DNA of 64,000 nucleotides, from NCBI GenBank assembly GCA_000004985.1, contig GG738854.1. The stretch is one strand, 5' to 3'. The translations under genes were made by a program, and so were the position numbers. A model generated the notes under the pieces. The model was not told where the DNA came from. It made no database searches and worked only from the letters and a program-made list of their open reading frames with translations. This stretch comes from Naegleria gruberi. Its lineage: Eukaryota. Below are positions 41,401-52,000 of the stretch, one piece after another (within the stretch, counting starts at the first letter, position 1; every line of letters starts with the position of its first letter).

Positions 41401-43697
41401 ATAAGATTGATTCTTACTTATCTTCTTTAAATCAAGTTTATAAGAAGGAAAAGGAAACTAATGGATATGTTTCTAATAGATTGACAAATTCTGATTTGAA
41501 GAATACTTTATCAAGTGCTAGTAACTTGCTTTTCTTTGGATTTTCCAATATCTCAAGCCTTTGTACTCAATTATCATCCGTTTTATTGTATCAACAGTCA
41601 ACCAAGATAGTTTCCAACTCAATTGACTATTCGAAATATTCAACTGAATTAATTAACATTACAGTTTCGTCATTTGTCAAGAGCAATTCCAGTATCAAGG
41701 CACTACAATTCTCTGACATTTTTCTAGATTCAGATTACATTCTTAACAAGTATAACGGTTACAATAAGGAAATTGGTCTTTCCTTAATTTCTTACAATTC
41801 GAAACTATATAATTCAAGCCAAACTCAAATAACCAACTCCAAAGATTTCACTCTTTATATGGGAGGAGAGGCTCTTCCTCTATCAGAATTAGTTCAACCT
41901 ATCTACATTTCATTTTCTGTTCAAAATTTGACTTCTTTGAATCAATCCCTTGTCAAGTGTCAATTTTGGAATGAAACAACAGAAAAATGGGATAATCAAG
42001 GATGTTCCTTGCATGTATTCAATCAAGCTACTGGCGAAGTGACCTGTAAATGCACTCACACTACTCTATTCGCTGCCTTTGTTGAACAATCATTCAATGA
42101 AACTCTGGTTGACCAAGTAGTATTGAAAGAGTTATCGAATTTGTACATTGCTCAAATTTCCTTTGGAGTTCTCTTCCTAATGCTTTCTAGTACATTACTA
42201 GTTGGTTTGATTATCATGAGAAAATCTCAACCATTAGCAAGTCGTTTCGTCACACCATTTATAGGAATGATTGCCTTAATAGTGGAATGTATCTTGTTGC
42301 TTATAACACAGAGAAGCATTTTATTGTCAGAACAGAATGGATGGTCTGAATCCACAGCTATACAAGTGGAAAGTTCAGATTTGGCAGCCAATATTGTTTC
42401 GAATATTATCGCCATTATTGTAAACACTTTGACTTTGACAGCAATGTTTGCTTATTTGTATCAAATTTCCAGATATCACATTCTGAAATATTTCTATCAC
42501 AAGCTTTCCATCAAGTTTTCCCTCAATTCTGGTCAAAAAGAAAGTGAACGAAACTTGTCCCTAATTAGACAGCTCTTGTCAACCAAAGCCATGATCACAA
42601 TCATCACTACTTTTGTAATTTTGAACCTATTATACTGGACTCTCTGGGTTATCCTTGTGAGAACTTCAGCAATTACAGGAGTTGCCTATTCTTACATTGT
42701 TTCAATTTCATTCACTGTGATTCTTCTTTGTTTAGGATTCATGATTTGTGGTTTGATTGGATTAGATGTTTTCATGACTCTTATGAATGAGAGAAAGGAA
42801 AAGTCAATTGTCAATAATGGTAATCAAGAAAACGCAAGTCAGTCCAGTAATTCATTGCAAAAGTTTGATAAGGAGGCCACCAAGAAAATAGCCAAGATTA
42901 GTTTATGGAAAGCGTATAATTGGTTTATTAAGATTGACAATCCTCTCTATTTTAGAGGTGAAATGAGTCTTTTCGTGTTGTGTTTCGTATTTTTGAACAT
43001 TTCACAAATTATTGGAATTTCAGGATTGAGTTATAAGAAAGGAGAAAAAATGTCAAGAGTTAATGATTCCATTTCTTTGGTATTCGAAGTCTTGTACTTG
43101 TTCACTTACTTGTTGGTCTTTGGAGGTTATGCATTGTTAGTCAGATTAGTTCAGTTTATTCAACAAAAGAAGAAACAATCATTATCCAAAAATAGAGATT
43201 CTTCTGAGATGGATGAATTAAGCCAAATCTTGAATAATGTGGAAGGATTGAGATTATTGGAGCAATTTAGTGAAAAAGAATATTCCTTAGAGAATTTGCA
43301 TTTATTCTTGGAAATGAAACACAACCAACAATTAATTAAGACATCTGACAATATGGATGAACTTTATGTGTTCATGGATAACGTTTGGTCAACTTACATT
43401 CAAACAGATTCCATTAAGGAAGTTAATATTCCATCCGATTGTAAACGAAATTTCTCTAAAGTGAAAAATTCCCTATTCGAAATTGTCAAGCAGCAAGAAC
43501 CTGAGTTGAAAAATCAAAAACCAATTCCAGAAGAATTGGCAACCGAATTACAACAAGTATTTTCTGTATTGTCTGATCAAATTACTTTCAATTTGAGTGA
43601 TACCTTTTCTAGATTCTCCTTGACTGATGAATATTCCAATTATTTGAATGTATTGGAAACTCAACAAGAGTTATTGAACAAATCCAAGCTAGTTTAG
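38457..43697 (+). CDS. Adhesion-GPCR-like receptor fused to an RGS domain: signal peptide, NHL-type beta-propeller, ~12 EGF-like repeats, GPS motif, 7TM, C-terminal RGS domain
   Basis: 1746-aa uninterrupted ORF. Signal peptide MFRFFLLITLTLAGFVHQ. NHL-like blades (IYFTENGARTLKAID, IFFTDYVGSLIWRI, IYFAEISNQRIRGL). Tenascin-type EGF repeats (CSGNGxCxxxxxCxCxxGFxGxxC) over about 39360..40420. GPS motif CQFWNETTEKWDNQGCSLHVFNQATGEVTCKCTHTTLFAAF (about 41958..42090). Seven hydrophobic helices over about 42130..43000. RGS core LEQFSEKEYSLENLHLFLEM…IKEVNIPSDCKRNF…DTFSRFSLTDEY (about 43200..43620). Confidence 0.8.
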   Translation: MFRFFLLITLTLAGFVHQQMHVSGAESNVKYIVKTYSTLPANTNPNAIQFYNHKMYVTGSTNNIYAVSNNGSYTIVNPISTLDAPTGIHIVDDWLYVSNSGSQKVSKMYLNDSPIQVFDVLTFYPNTNLFVLSESELYAVDKNNNLIRHWKDSSFALVSVGSLNGPNGIFIRNNTIYFTENGARTLKAIDQNNQISILASDINAYSVYVTEDNVIFFTDYVGSLIWRIKDGQSSVIAGYSGSSGNDNKENVNATSSSVTLPTGITFDNLTGIIYFAEISNQRIRGLIPYCETAGHYLNAQKSRCVSSVCSGVDSTNSSVCSSRGICNQTNQCSCQSKYFGDNCELTSCNGIQSNSNLVCSGNGTCQDYNFCNCKNGLLGKNCQIATCFGILSNQTSACSSGRGICQGMDFCNCSKGFVGQDCAEHTCGGISYNNTATCSGNGTCVGVDSCSCKEGFYGDNCQMPKCFSIMSNDTSVCSGNGECIGKDKCNCKSDYSGYRCEITSCFGIPSNYSNVCSGNGNCTFKDFCNCTFGYLGKQCEVAPCYGIPANYSNVCSGNGNCNGKDNCNCQPGFSGNQCEIPTCFGILGNSSMACSGNGECQNLDQCNCNSNYTGSKCDVPICFGIAKSSSLVCSAIGNCTKPDFCECPSNYEGYECQFRITPRKLQTNGIPTAIVQGISTTFDLKVIGMELRTFSDLVNSRKDCGVTCSLSLSYSWYLKDRDNGSPLIIQHSNTAFGNTKYLSSSTFQLTFSPVISIGFTRILSRNVTLTFEIVSGGENVSISQDILIISPLLRTKGLGKIQPSSGIALGSLFSIEEDKNLWTVSEESKKYLEPFQFAFGFFYNQELVRISDFSINGMDLLFLPYLNANNSNGQSENLDIYVICKDALKNEYSSLIGTVSISPNLVNTVEELKNQIDDIARIIPYDSSWKFRDLKEYSSVIIESVSKLSIDINNPSNTLTTLRQLTSQSVASSYQVGSIINDKIDSYLSSLNQVYKKEKETNGYVSNRLTNSDLKNTLSSASNLLFFGFSNISSLCTQLSSVLLYQQSTKIVSNSIDYSKYSTELINITVSSFVKSNSSIKALQFSDIFLDSDYILNKYNGYNKEIGLSLISYNSKLYNSSQTQITNSKDFTLYMGGEALPLSELVQPIYISFSVQNLTSLNQSLVKCQFWNETTEKWDNQGCSLHVFNQATGEVTCKCTHTTLFAAFVEQSFNETLVDQVVLKELSNLYIAQISFGVLFLMLSSTLLVGLIIMRKSQPLASRFVTPFIGMIALIVECILLLITQRSILLSEQNGWSESTAIQVESSDLAANIVSNIIAIIVNTLTLTAMFAYLYQISRYHILKYFYHKLSIKFSLNSGQKESERNLSLIRQLLSTKAMITIITTFVILNLLYWTLWVILVRTSAITGVAYSYIVSISFTVILLCLGFMICGLIGLDVFMTLMNERKEKSIVNNGNQENASQSSNSLQKFDKEATKKIAKISLWKAYNWFIKIDNPLYFRGEMSLFVLCFVFLNISQIIGISGLSYKKGEKMSRVNDSISLVFEVLYLFTYLLVFGGYALLVRLVQFIQQKKKQSLSKNRDSSEMDELSQILNNVEGLRLLEQFSEKEYSLENLHLFLEMKHNQQLIKTSDNMDELYVFMDNVWSTYIQTDSIKEVNIPSDCKRNFSKVKNSLFEIVKQQEPELKNQKPIPEELATELQQVFSVLSDQITFNLSDTFSRFSLTDEYSNYLNVLETQQELLNKSKLV

Positions 43698-44291
43698 TTC
43701 CTTGTCTTCAACAAAAGTTGCTTATGGTAATAAATTAGAATCTTCATTTAAGCATTTTCAAAGTTTTTTCACTAAATAACAAAGTGAACCTAAATAGAAG
43801 CATTTTCCCTGCCCAATATTTGTAAATAAGCTCATTGTAAAACTACATTGTAAACAAAACTATTTGACTAATATTCTAATCCTTTTCTAAAATAATATAA
43901 TAATCAAAATCAAACATCATCTCCCCAAAGGTCATTTCAAGATATGACAAAGTAACCTTCATTAAGAATCATTAAATCAGATAATAGTCTGCACCATGTA
44001 TTACAATAATAATAACACCACTACTATCATTCACCTCCATAACGACTAATTAATTAACTGTTATTTCGATATCACATAACACAAAGCTTCTCAAGAAAAC
44101 CAACAACAATTTTCAAGTTTGTACTCTTGCGGAGTGGATTCATCCTTTGATTACTGCATTATTTGAAGGCTCAAATCACCTTTTAAAAAAACATCAGAAA
44201 AAAGAACAACACTCAACACTCTTCCCGCCGAGTTTTTTTTCGCTGATCACTCCCTGCATTTTACGTTGTTTGTGTTGTAACTTGAAATATC

Positions 44292-45617
44292 TTGCTCGGC
44301 ATCACCATCATCATCATTAATAATAATAATTGTAATATTGGAAAAACTAACAACTTAATGAATCCATCAACTGCTCCAAAGGAAGCCATTTTGAGCTCCA
44401 TTCCTGCTCAATACTTCCCTCTCACTATTGTTATTGGCACAATTTCTACCATTGCTACAACATATACCTTGTCAACTTCTCAAGGACATACCAAACCATT
44501 CCCATACACTGATATTACTCACACAGCAAGATTTACTCCAGAAAGATATGTCTTTCGTGTTGGTATGCTTGCTATGGCTGTGGTCATGGCATGGAACTGG
44601 AATTTGCTCTATACTTGGTTGAGAAATGTACAACAACAAATCGATACTCTCCAAAAAAGAGTCAAGCTCATCAAGGAACATAATGAACATAGCCACAGTG
44701 TATTGAACACAATTCTCATGATGAATCCACCTTCTAATCATCTTCTCAACATTATTTGGTACTTGGGTATTGGTGCTTCTGTTGCTATTACTATTTCTTC
44801 CATGTGTATTACTTCTAATAGTGATATGCCTTGGACCATGCACGTTATTGCTGCTTCAAGCTTTTTCATTTTCTGTCTCGTTGCTCAAGGTATTACCACC
44901 TACAAGTCATACAAATTATATCAACAATTGAATCATGTCAGAGAGGAATCAAGTGCTGACGAAAGTCTTGCCGAAATCTCTGCTGATGCTCAAAGTCTTA
45001 CCTTCATGACCAAGAAATCATTGTACTTGAAGATTGGTATTACTGGTCTCAGTATTGCCATGTTGATGGTCAATATATTGAGCAGTGTTGCTGCTACTTC
45101 TGGACAAGGTGCTTCCACCACTGGTTTTGGAAATGTTCAACAACAAGTTAGTCTCTCAAAGTTGAATCTCAATTCTCATATTCCAACAACATCTCAACAA
45201 CAAACTGTTATTGAAGATATTCATTTGAAAACAACAACTAGCAATATTGTTGAATGGACCTGTACCTTGTTGATTGTCATTTACAATATCACCTTTGCTA
45301 TGGATTGGAGTAGTTGTAACTTGTTGACTTCTATTGGTCAAATTAATACCCCACAACCAAAGCAAACACCAGTTCAACAAACACGTAACTTTGGAGTTAC
45401 TCCATCTCATCATGCTTACAATTCTAGTAGATACGGTCAATACGGTCTTGTGCCAAATCATGATCCTGCTACAGAAATGTCAGATGTTACAAACTCTGGA
45501 CGTACTGTTCAACAACAAGCTGTCTATGTCTTCCCATCTTCTGTTTCTTCCAAGCAAGACCAAGATTGTACTCCTGTTGTTACTTCCCTCTATCCTGCAA
45601 CTTATAACATTCAATAA
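44292..45617 (+). CDS. Multi-pass membrane protein, possibly Frag1/DRAM/Sfk1 family, with Ser/Gln-rich C-terminal tail
   Basis: 441 aa. The N-terminal TM region has …HTKPFPYTDITHTARFTPERYVFRVGM…, which resembles the DRAM/Frag1 block ([25 protein letters not shown]). There are at least 5-6 hydrophobic helices. Confidence 0.45.
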   Translation: MLGITIIIINNNNCNIGKTNNLMNPSTAPKEAILSSIPAQYFPLTIVIGTISTIATTYTLSTSQGHTKPFPYTDITHTARFTPERYVFRVGMLAMAVVMAWNWNLLYTWLRNVQQQIDTLQKRVKLIKEHNEHSHSVLNTILMMNPPSNHLLNIIWYLGIGASVAITISSMCITSNSDMPWTMHVIAASSFFIFCLVAQGITTYKSYKLYQQLNHVREESSADESLAEISADAQSLTFMTKKSLYLKIGITGLSIAMLMVNILSSVAATSGQGASTTGFGNVQQQVSLSKLNLNSHIPTTSQQQTVIEDIHLKTTTSNIVEWTCTLLIVIYNITFAMDWSSCNLLTSIGQINTPQPKQTPVQQTRNFGVTPSHHAYNSSRYGQYGLVPNHDPATEMSDVTNSGRTVQQQAVYVFPSSVSSKQDQDCTPVVTSLYPATYNIQ

Positions 45618-46109
45618 AACATCGTGATGATTCAAATTTTTTTATCAGATGCAATATTGGAACTTTACCATGCGAACTTGAACAATCTACCACACTAACA
45701 GGATGGGTTGAATTCGAATTGTTGGGGAATTTTTAACGACTGACCATTTCAATAGCTCAGGTTCAAAATTTGAATTAGGCCAAGACAACTAGCATCCCAG
45801 ATTAGCATATGAAACATATGCAATTAATCACGTCAACACACATTCGCAACTTTGGGCGCAATAACCACACTCTGAATCTTTTCTGGAATCTCTACTGTGA
45901 AGTTCGGCTGGAACAAATTTCCCGCCTTGAAAACATACGTTTATTTTCGATACAACTATCATCAACAAAAGGAAAAAAATACCACCGTCTGACACCGTCA
46001 TCTCTCTTTCTCTCAAGTTGTTATTGACAACGACGGCATCAACTCTTATCAATAGCATACTAATTTATAGATCAGCTTTGCTTTTGTATTTAGGGCGGGG
46101 CTTATTCAA

Positions 46110-47786
46110 ATGCAAGAAAGGAGTGTTGTAGGTAACCCTTACCAACAACCTCAATCACCTAATAATAATCCTCCAAAAAGACTTGAACGACAACGATCGA
46201 CTACATCGAACATGGCACATAGAATACCAAGTCGTTCCTCACTTGGTGGTAATCGTTCTGGACAAGAAGCAAATAATAGTAATATTAAATTAAAATCAGT
46301 AGAGAATGACCTCATCTCTCGGAGGGGTAGTAAACAATTAAATAGACCTAAAAGCACCATATCTAAGGTTTCTGTAGGAAGTGAAAGAATGAGAGAAGGT
46401 GCTATACAACGAATCGAATCTACAGTATTTCTCTTTATTAATGCTTTAAAACTAGAAAAACCAATTCCTAGGTTTATTTACTTTTTACTTAACTGGATAG
46501 TTATTTGGCAAACTCTTAGTCTGGGAGTATCAATAGATTTTAATTGGGGCGAGTATGGTCGTTATTTATACCATGCTGTGGCTATTCCCCGAACTTTTGG
46601 ATTCCAATTTCTGCCCTATGATGCTTTCATTGGATTGGCTATTGCTGTGTACATATTGGAAATAATAGCTCTATTCACTATTTATCTGACATATAGGTCG
46701 TTCATTAATGGAAGTAAATATTGGTCAAAAATCAAAACAACAGCTAGGATAACATTTGCCCTAATGATTATTATAAGTTTACCTTCAACGTATGGAATGA
46801 GTTCCTCATTTTGGGATTGCGATTATTCTCAAACTGAAACAATTTCTGGAAAGGTTACATTTACCTTGAAAAGATTTCCAACCATTGAGTGTTGGGGAGC
46901 TACCAATGGAGCAATGGCTGCCTTATCAATAATAGCCATGGTTGTACAGATATTTTTCACAACGTTTGCTGTATTTATATTCTGTGATACTAGTATATCA
47001 AGTAAGAGCATGTTTGCAATGGAAAATAGCCTCTTTCTCGCTGTGATTGTCTCCACAAATCAAATCTTCCTTATTGTTTCCCAAGTGACACCATCTATGG
47101 TTTATTATTTAAGACCAGTATACTTTATAGTTGTTTCATTAATTTCAGTAGGAGTTCTTATTTGGCAGACACCTTTTTTGTTCAGATCGATGAATTCAGT
47201 TTATGCAGGGATAACAACAGGTAGAATAGGTGTTGCGGCTGGGTCGCTTGTAGCCACATTAATCAATAAGGAAGATGAGTGGCAAGTTGGGCTAGGAATA
47301 ACATTTGGCCCAGTTGCAGGATTTATAATTTTCTTTTTTATTGGTTTTATTGGTGTGGAAATATATACTAGGGTTTTAAAATCAAGAGGAAGAAAGTTAT
47401 TGGAAGGACTGATGGAGTCAAGAAACATTGCCATCCTCATAGACAAAGACTATTACTACATTACACAATTCATTAGACATTCCACTAAGGCAAATGAGAA
47501 GGAAAAGACTTTAGGAAAAAGCTTCTCCAGAATGGTAGTCAATTACAAAGATGCCATTCCATCCGAGACCCTGCTTGCCATAGCTTTATTTATGAAATAT
47601 GTATTAGAAGACAATTCGACAACCTTTATTCTCATGCTATTGAAAAAGGCTGAAAAACAACGAAATGACTTTTTGACACGATTCAAGCTTTTCCTTAGAT
47701 TCAGAGAAATTGAGAGAGCTACTTCTACAGGAAGAAACAATTTTGAATTGGACCACATTTTGGAGGGAATTCAAAAGAAAAGCTGA
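46110..47786 (+). CDS. Multi-TM N-terminal region, either the first exon of the downstream PAS-cyclase gene or a separate polytopic membrane protein
   Basis: 558-aa ORF with about 8 hydrophobic helices after a Ser/Arg-rich N-terminus. Its 3' end overlaps the next ORF (frame B, called from 47710) in a different frame. A candidate 130-nt intron (GTATTA at 47601 … TCTACAG at 47730) would fuse the two in frame. A frameshift or two separate genes cannot be excluded. Confidence 0.45.
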   Translation: MQERSVVGNPYQQPQSPNNNPPKRLERQRSTTSNMAHRIPSRSSLGGNRSGQEANNSNIKLKSVENDLISRRGSKQLNRPKSTISKVSVGSERMREGAIQRIESTVFLFINALKLEKPIPRFIYFLLNWIVIWQTLSLGVSIDFNWGEYGRYLYHAVAIPRTFGFQFLPYDAFIGLAIAVYILEIIALFTIYLTYRSFINGSKYWSKIKTTARITFALMIIISLPSTYGMSSSFWDCDYSQTETISGKVTFTLKRFPTIECWGATNGAMAALSIIAMVVQIFFTTFAVFIFCDTSISSKSMFAMENSLFLAVIVSTNQIFLIVSQVTPSMVYYLRPVYFIVVSLISVGVLIWQTPFLFRSMNSVYAGITTGRIGVAAGSLVATLINKEDEWQVGLGITFGPVAGFIIFFFIGFIGVEIYTRVLKSRGRKLLEGLMESRNIAILIDKDYYYITQFIRHSTKANEKEKTLGKSFSRMVVNYKDAIPSETLLAIALFMKYVLEDNSTTFILMLLKKAEKQRNDFLTRFKLFLRFREIERATSTGRNNFELDHILEGIQKKS

Positions 47787-50700
47787 CTTGTTGAAACATT
47801 TGCAAGTTAGATTTTGGAAGAATGTTGCCTCAGGTCAAGATCTCTACTCTGTTACGAAACAAATGGAAGAAACTTCTACAGAATGCTATCAAACGTTTGG
47901 TAATTTAATGGTCAATCATCACAATAACAAGACTGTCCTCCGAGCATATGCATCATATTTGGAAGAGTTTGCATTTGAACCCCTATTTGCCGAGGAACTA
48001 TACAATGAGGCAAACATTTTAGAAGAAGAAGAGGTTCTCAAATCAAAACCTAAATCTAAAAAGCCTATTACAGCTCCAAAAACAAATCTTGCAAACTTGG
48101 ACGGAAAACTTGTTACCAATCTGGATGATGATGATGCTATCCTAGAATCAGCTAGTCAGCAGGGAGAAATGGATCCAGGTGAGCGTTTAAAGGAACAATA
48201 CAGAACTGCTATCAATAAGAGAGAAGAAAATAATTTCATTCTCATTTTCCTTGTCTCACTATGCGTTGTTTCAATTATTTACATGATCATTACTTTGGCT
48301 ATGGATTTAGCATTCACAAATAAGAACACAAGTATTGTAGAAGTTATTAAGGAAGCTTGTATATTAGGACCTATTCCATACGCTCTTCTTTCTGACATGA
48401 GACGAATTAATTTACTGGATGATGAGAGCTTGATTCAAAATTCAACAAGATTTTTCAATGATTACCAAGTAAGGCTCTCTTCTTTCAAATCAGTTTTGGA
48501 AACTTTTATTCACTCCTCAGAGGGATCATTATTTTCAACAAAAATGAAAGAAGACTTCACAAATAATGACAAATCATACAATGTAAGTGTGTTAATGTTT
48601 TTATTATTTACACCAACTTTATAGGTGGCTATAACCAAACTTGAGAATGTTACAGGAATTGAATTCTTCACCAAAAATGCCTCTATTTCTGCTATTGCAA
48701 ACGCTTTTTCATCTCTTACCAATGAAATTTCCTTATTCAACCTTACAACATATTCAGAAACCTATAGGAATTTCTACTTTTCCATGATGTTCGTTAACAG
48801 ATTGTCATTTACAAATGCTTTTGAACTCTTTTACTCTTCAATGATTTCTGGTGAACTTGTGGATTTACAATACGATACAAATGTGTTTGTGATTGTCTTT
48901 GCTACTCTTACTGCTGCCTATTTTATTTATATCCTTGTTTATCTTGGTATGCTGATCTCACATGTTGGTCATAGAAAGCACATCCTTAAACTGTTTTCAA
49001 ATATTCCAAAACAAGAAGCCTCAAAAATTAGCCATGAATTGGAACTTAAAACTGACAACACCATCATTCCACAAAAGAATTACTTTATTACACCAGTCAG
49101 AGGAATTATTATTTTGATTTCAATAGCTTTATCCATTACTACCATTGCCTCCGCTCTTATCTTATATGAGGGTCTAACTCAAATGAATAGTTCAATTCTT
49201 GTAATGAGAAAGTTGGAATACTCTTCAAAAGCTCTCATGACTTCTCAAAGAATATTATTCAAGATACAAGAATTATTATTAGAGGATGCATCAGCACTAG
49301 GTGTAAACAAGACTCAATTCTTCCATGAAATTGATGCTCATATTATGGATTTTGAACAGGGTTGGACTGCTTTAAGGTATGGTACTGCAGAAGACTCTTT
49401 CAGTTCCCTCTCTGGAGTGACGGGTATAATTGATGAGTTATTACAATCATCTAATTGCTCTTTGTCGAGTAATTCTAGTGTTGCAAGCGAATGTACTGGG
49501 CTTGACTCAATTGTAGAGGACTTTGACGGCTCAGTTTTGAAGTTAAACCAAAATGCATTCAGGGAAACATTTTCTAGAGATGTATTACTTGATGAGCTAC
49601 AGGCAGTTTATGATCAGAGTGTAGAGTTGTTCAATAGTTTTTCCATTATTATGAATTCTTATGTTTCAAACTTTTCCAATCAGCAAAAAGTTATTGGAGC
49701 TGTATCTACCTCATTGGCTTCCTTTTTCCTTTTGATTACAGTATTTTTGTTATATAGAGCAATTAGCAGTTTTGGAAGTGAAAATCACCAACTGAGAATC
49801 ATGCTAAACCATTTGCCAGTGGACATTCTCGATAGTGATGGTGATATTCGTTCATATATCATGTATTATACCCTTGGAAACTCAAAGAAAAAGTCTGACA
49901 AGAATGGACAACAAGTGAGTAATGAAAAAGCTATTCTTGAGGCAGCTGTTGCTGGAACAGCAGTTTGTTCTTCATATGGATCAATTGATATTTTCAACGA
50001 ATCTGCTCAAAAGATGTTTGGGTACAGATTGGATGAAGTGATTGGTGTGTCTTTGGCTCAAATGTTTACTAATGAAAGTCAGCCATCACTTCATAGTGTG
50101 CTTTCCAATATGGCAATTTCATCTAAAACTTATGGTGAAAACTTGACATTACAAGGTCAAAGAAAGAATAAGACAACCTTCCCAGTTCAACTCAGAATTT
50201 CAGTATCAGTAATTGAGGGAAGAAATATTATATCTTGTTTTATGACAGATTTAACAACAGATAGAGAGCATGATCTCATGTTGGCAGAAGAAAAGAAGAA
50301 GAGTGAATCATTACTTCTTAACATTCTTCCAGAGTCTATTGCACAACGACTTTCAAATGGAGAAACATTTATTGCTGACAGTCACGAGGATGTCACTTGT
50401 TTGTTCAGTGACTTGGTAGGATTTGTTGAGGTTTCTGTACACATGTCCGCAACTGAGCTTGTGCAAACTTTGAATATTATTATTAATGGTTTTGATTCTC
50501 TTGTGCCAATTTATCAAATAGAAAAAATCAAGACTATTAGTGAGAAATACTTTTGTGCTGGAGGTCTTAAGGTCAGGTCTGATGAAGGAGACCATCCTGA
50601 AGAGAGAACTCTTAAATTTGCTATGGATATGTTTGGAGTTGTCTACAATTACAACACAGATTTTCACAGAAACTTTACTGTTCGTATTGGTATGCATTGT

Positions 50701-52000
50701 GGACCATTGGTAGCCGGTGTTTGTGGTACTTTGAAGTTTGCTTATGACTTGTGGGGAGATGCTGTAAATGTAAGTTATTGTTTTCACTTGTATTTTGCTA
50801 ACTACTAAATAGACTGCTTCAAGAATGGAGTCTACAGGTAAATCTGGAAGAATTCAAATCACAGAAAAGTTACACAGCAAATTATGTGGAAAGTATCAAT
50901 TTGAAAAGTCTAGTGTTGTGGCAAAAGGAAAAGGAGAAATGACCACATATCTATTGAGCACTGAATACTATCAAAACACTTCTCCAGATGCTATGCCACT
51001 AGACAGTACCCTGAAAATTAGAGCAAGAGCTATGGGACATCCTGTTGGTGATGAATTCTCTGAACATCATTCCGAGAGTGGTCAACAAATGGAAGGAACA
51101 GAAGATTTTAAAAATATTAAACCCTCCACACCACCTCCGACCAGTCAAACCTTGAATCCAGTATTAGCCACCATAACTAAAGTTTCCTCATTATCTTCTC
51201 TAACTTCTGCTGCAGAAAAGGAGGAAAAGGAATTAGTTGCTAATGCCAATAACAACAATAATAACAGTACTCCCTCCCTAAACGTTGATCCAGTAGCTGG
51301 TTCAAATAATTCAACAACAACAACTGGACTTGATTCAATTCTTAGTAGATCTAGAAGTTTGTCTGTTAAGGTACAGCAACCAGTATTGCTTGATTTAAAG
51401 AATACAGAGAATAATAACTCTGGCAATCTTAGAAGATTCTCTCTTCCTCGATCAGGATCACCAATTTCTCCAGTCGGTTCTGAAATTAGAAATCCATTTA
51501 GTCCTGCCAAACAAACCAGCAACAGTAACGTGACAAGCAATGTGACCATACCAAACAATACTACAAACGAAGCTACGGAAACAACTGAAGTATCTACAAC
51601 TCCACCGCCTTCATCTTCTGTTTTAACAAATCAACATATTGAACTTCCACTATTACCAACAACTCAATCCCTTAGTAGTAATTCTCAAAGTAGAAATTCA
51701 AGTAGAAGAGCTAGCGTGAGCTCAGAGTGCTCATCTTCATCTTCAGGCACTCTTGAGATTATGAATAAGCCAGTGTTGAATGGGAATATTAGAAGATCAA
51801 TAGAGAGGCAAAAGATTTATGACCAAGAAACACACAGATATAGCGAACAAGATTCAGATGATGAGAATAAGAGTGTATTAGAAGTTCACAAGTTAAGGCG
51901 AGCATCTCAACCTTATGTAAATATGGACCATCATCACAGACATGAAAGTAATAGTTCATCCTCTGAAAACCATGCACTAAAGGAAGAAGAAAAAGAGTAA
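47710..52000 (+). CDS. Receptor-type adenylyl/guanylyl cyclase (class III) with TM segments, PAS domain and canonical catalytic domain; multi-exon
   Basis: Exons about (46110..47600?) + 47731..48582 + 48625..50769 + 50813..52000. Intron 48583..48624 (GTAAGT…TTTATAG) joins …DKSYN|VAITKLENV…. Intron 50770..50812 (GTAAGT…AAATAG) joins …LWGDAVN|TASRMESTGKSGRIQITE…, restoring the cyclase WGDxVNxASRMES motif. PAS: AILEAAVAGTAVCSSYGSIDIFNESAQKMFGYRLDEVIG. Cyclase core: VTCLFSDLVGFVEV…KIKTISEKYFCAGGL…RIGMHCGPLVAGVCG… The tail is Ser/Thr/Asn-rich. Confidence 0.75.

Noticed and set aside
45640-45800. tRNA-like words (GGTTCAAAATTTGAATT, GAATTCGAATTG) in the intergenic region
   Set aside because: There is no GTTCGA/GTTCAAATCC T-loop with a matching acceptor stem, and no cloverleaf can be built. 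No tRNA gene is called anywhere in the window.
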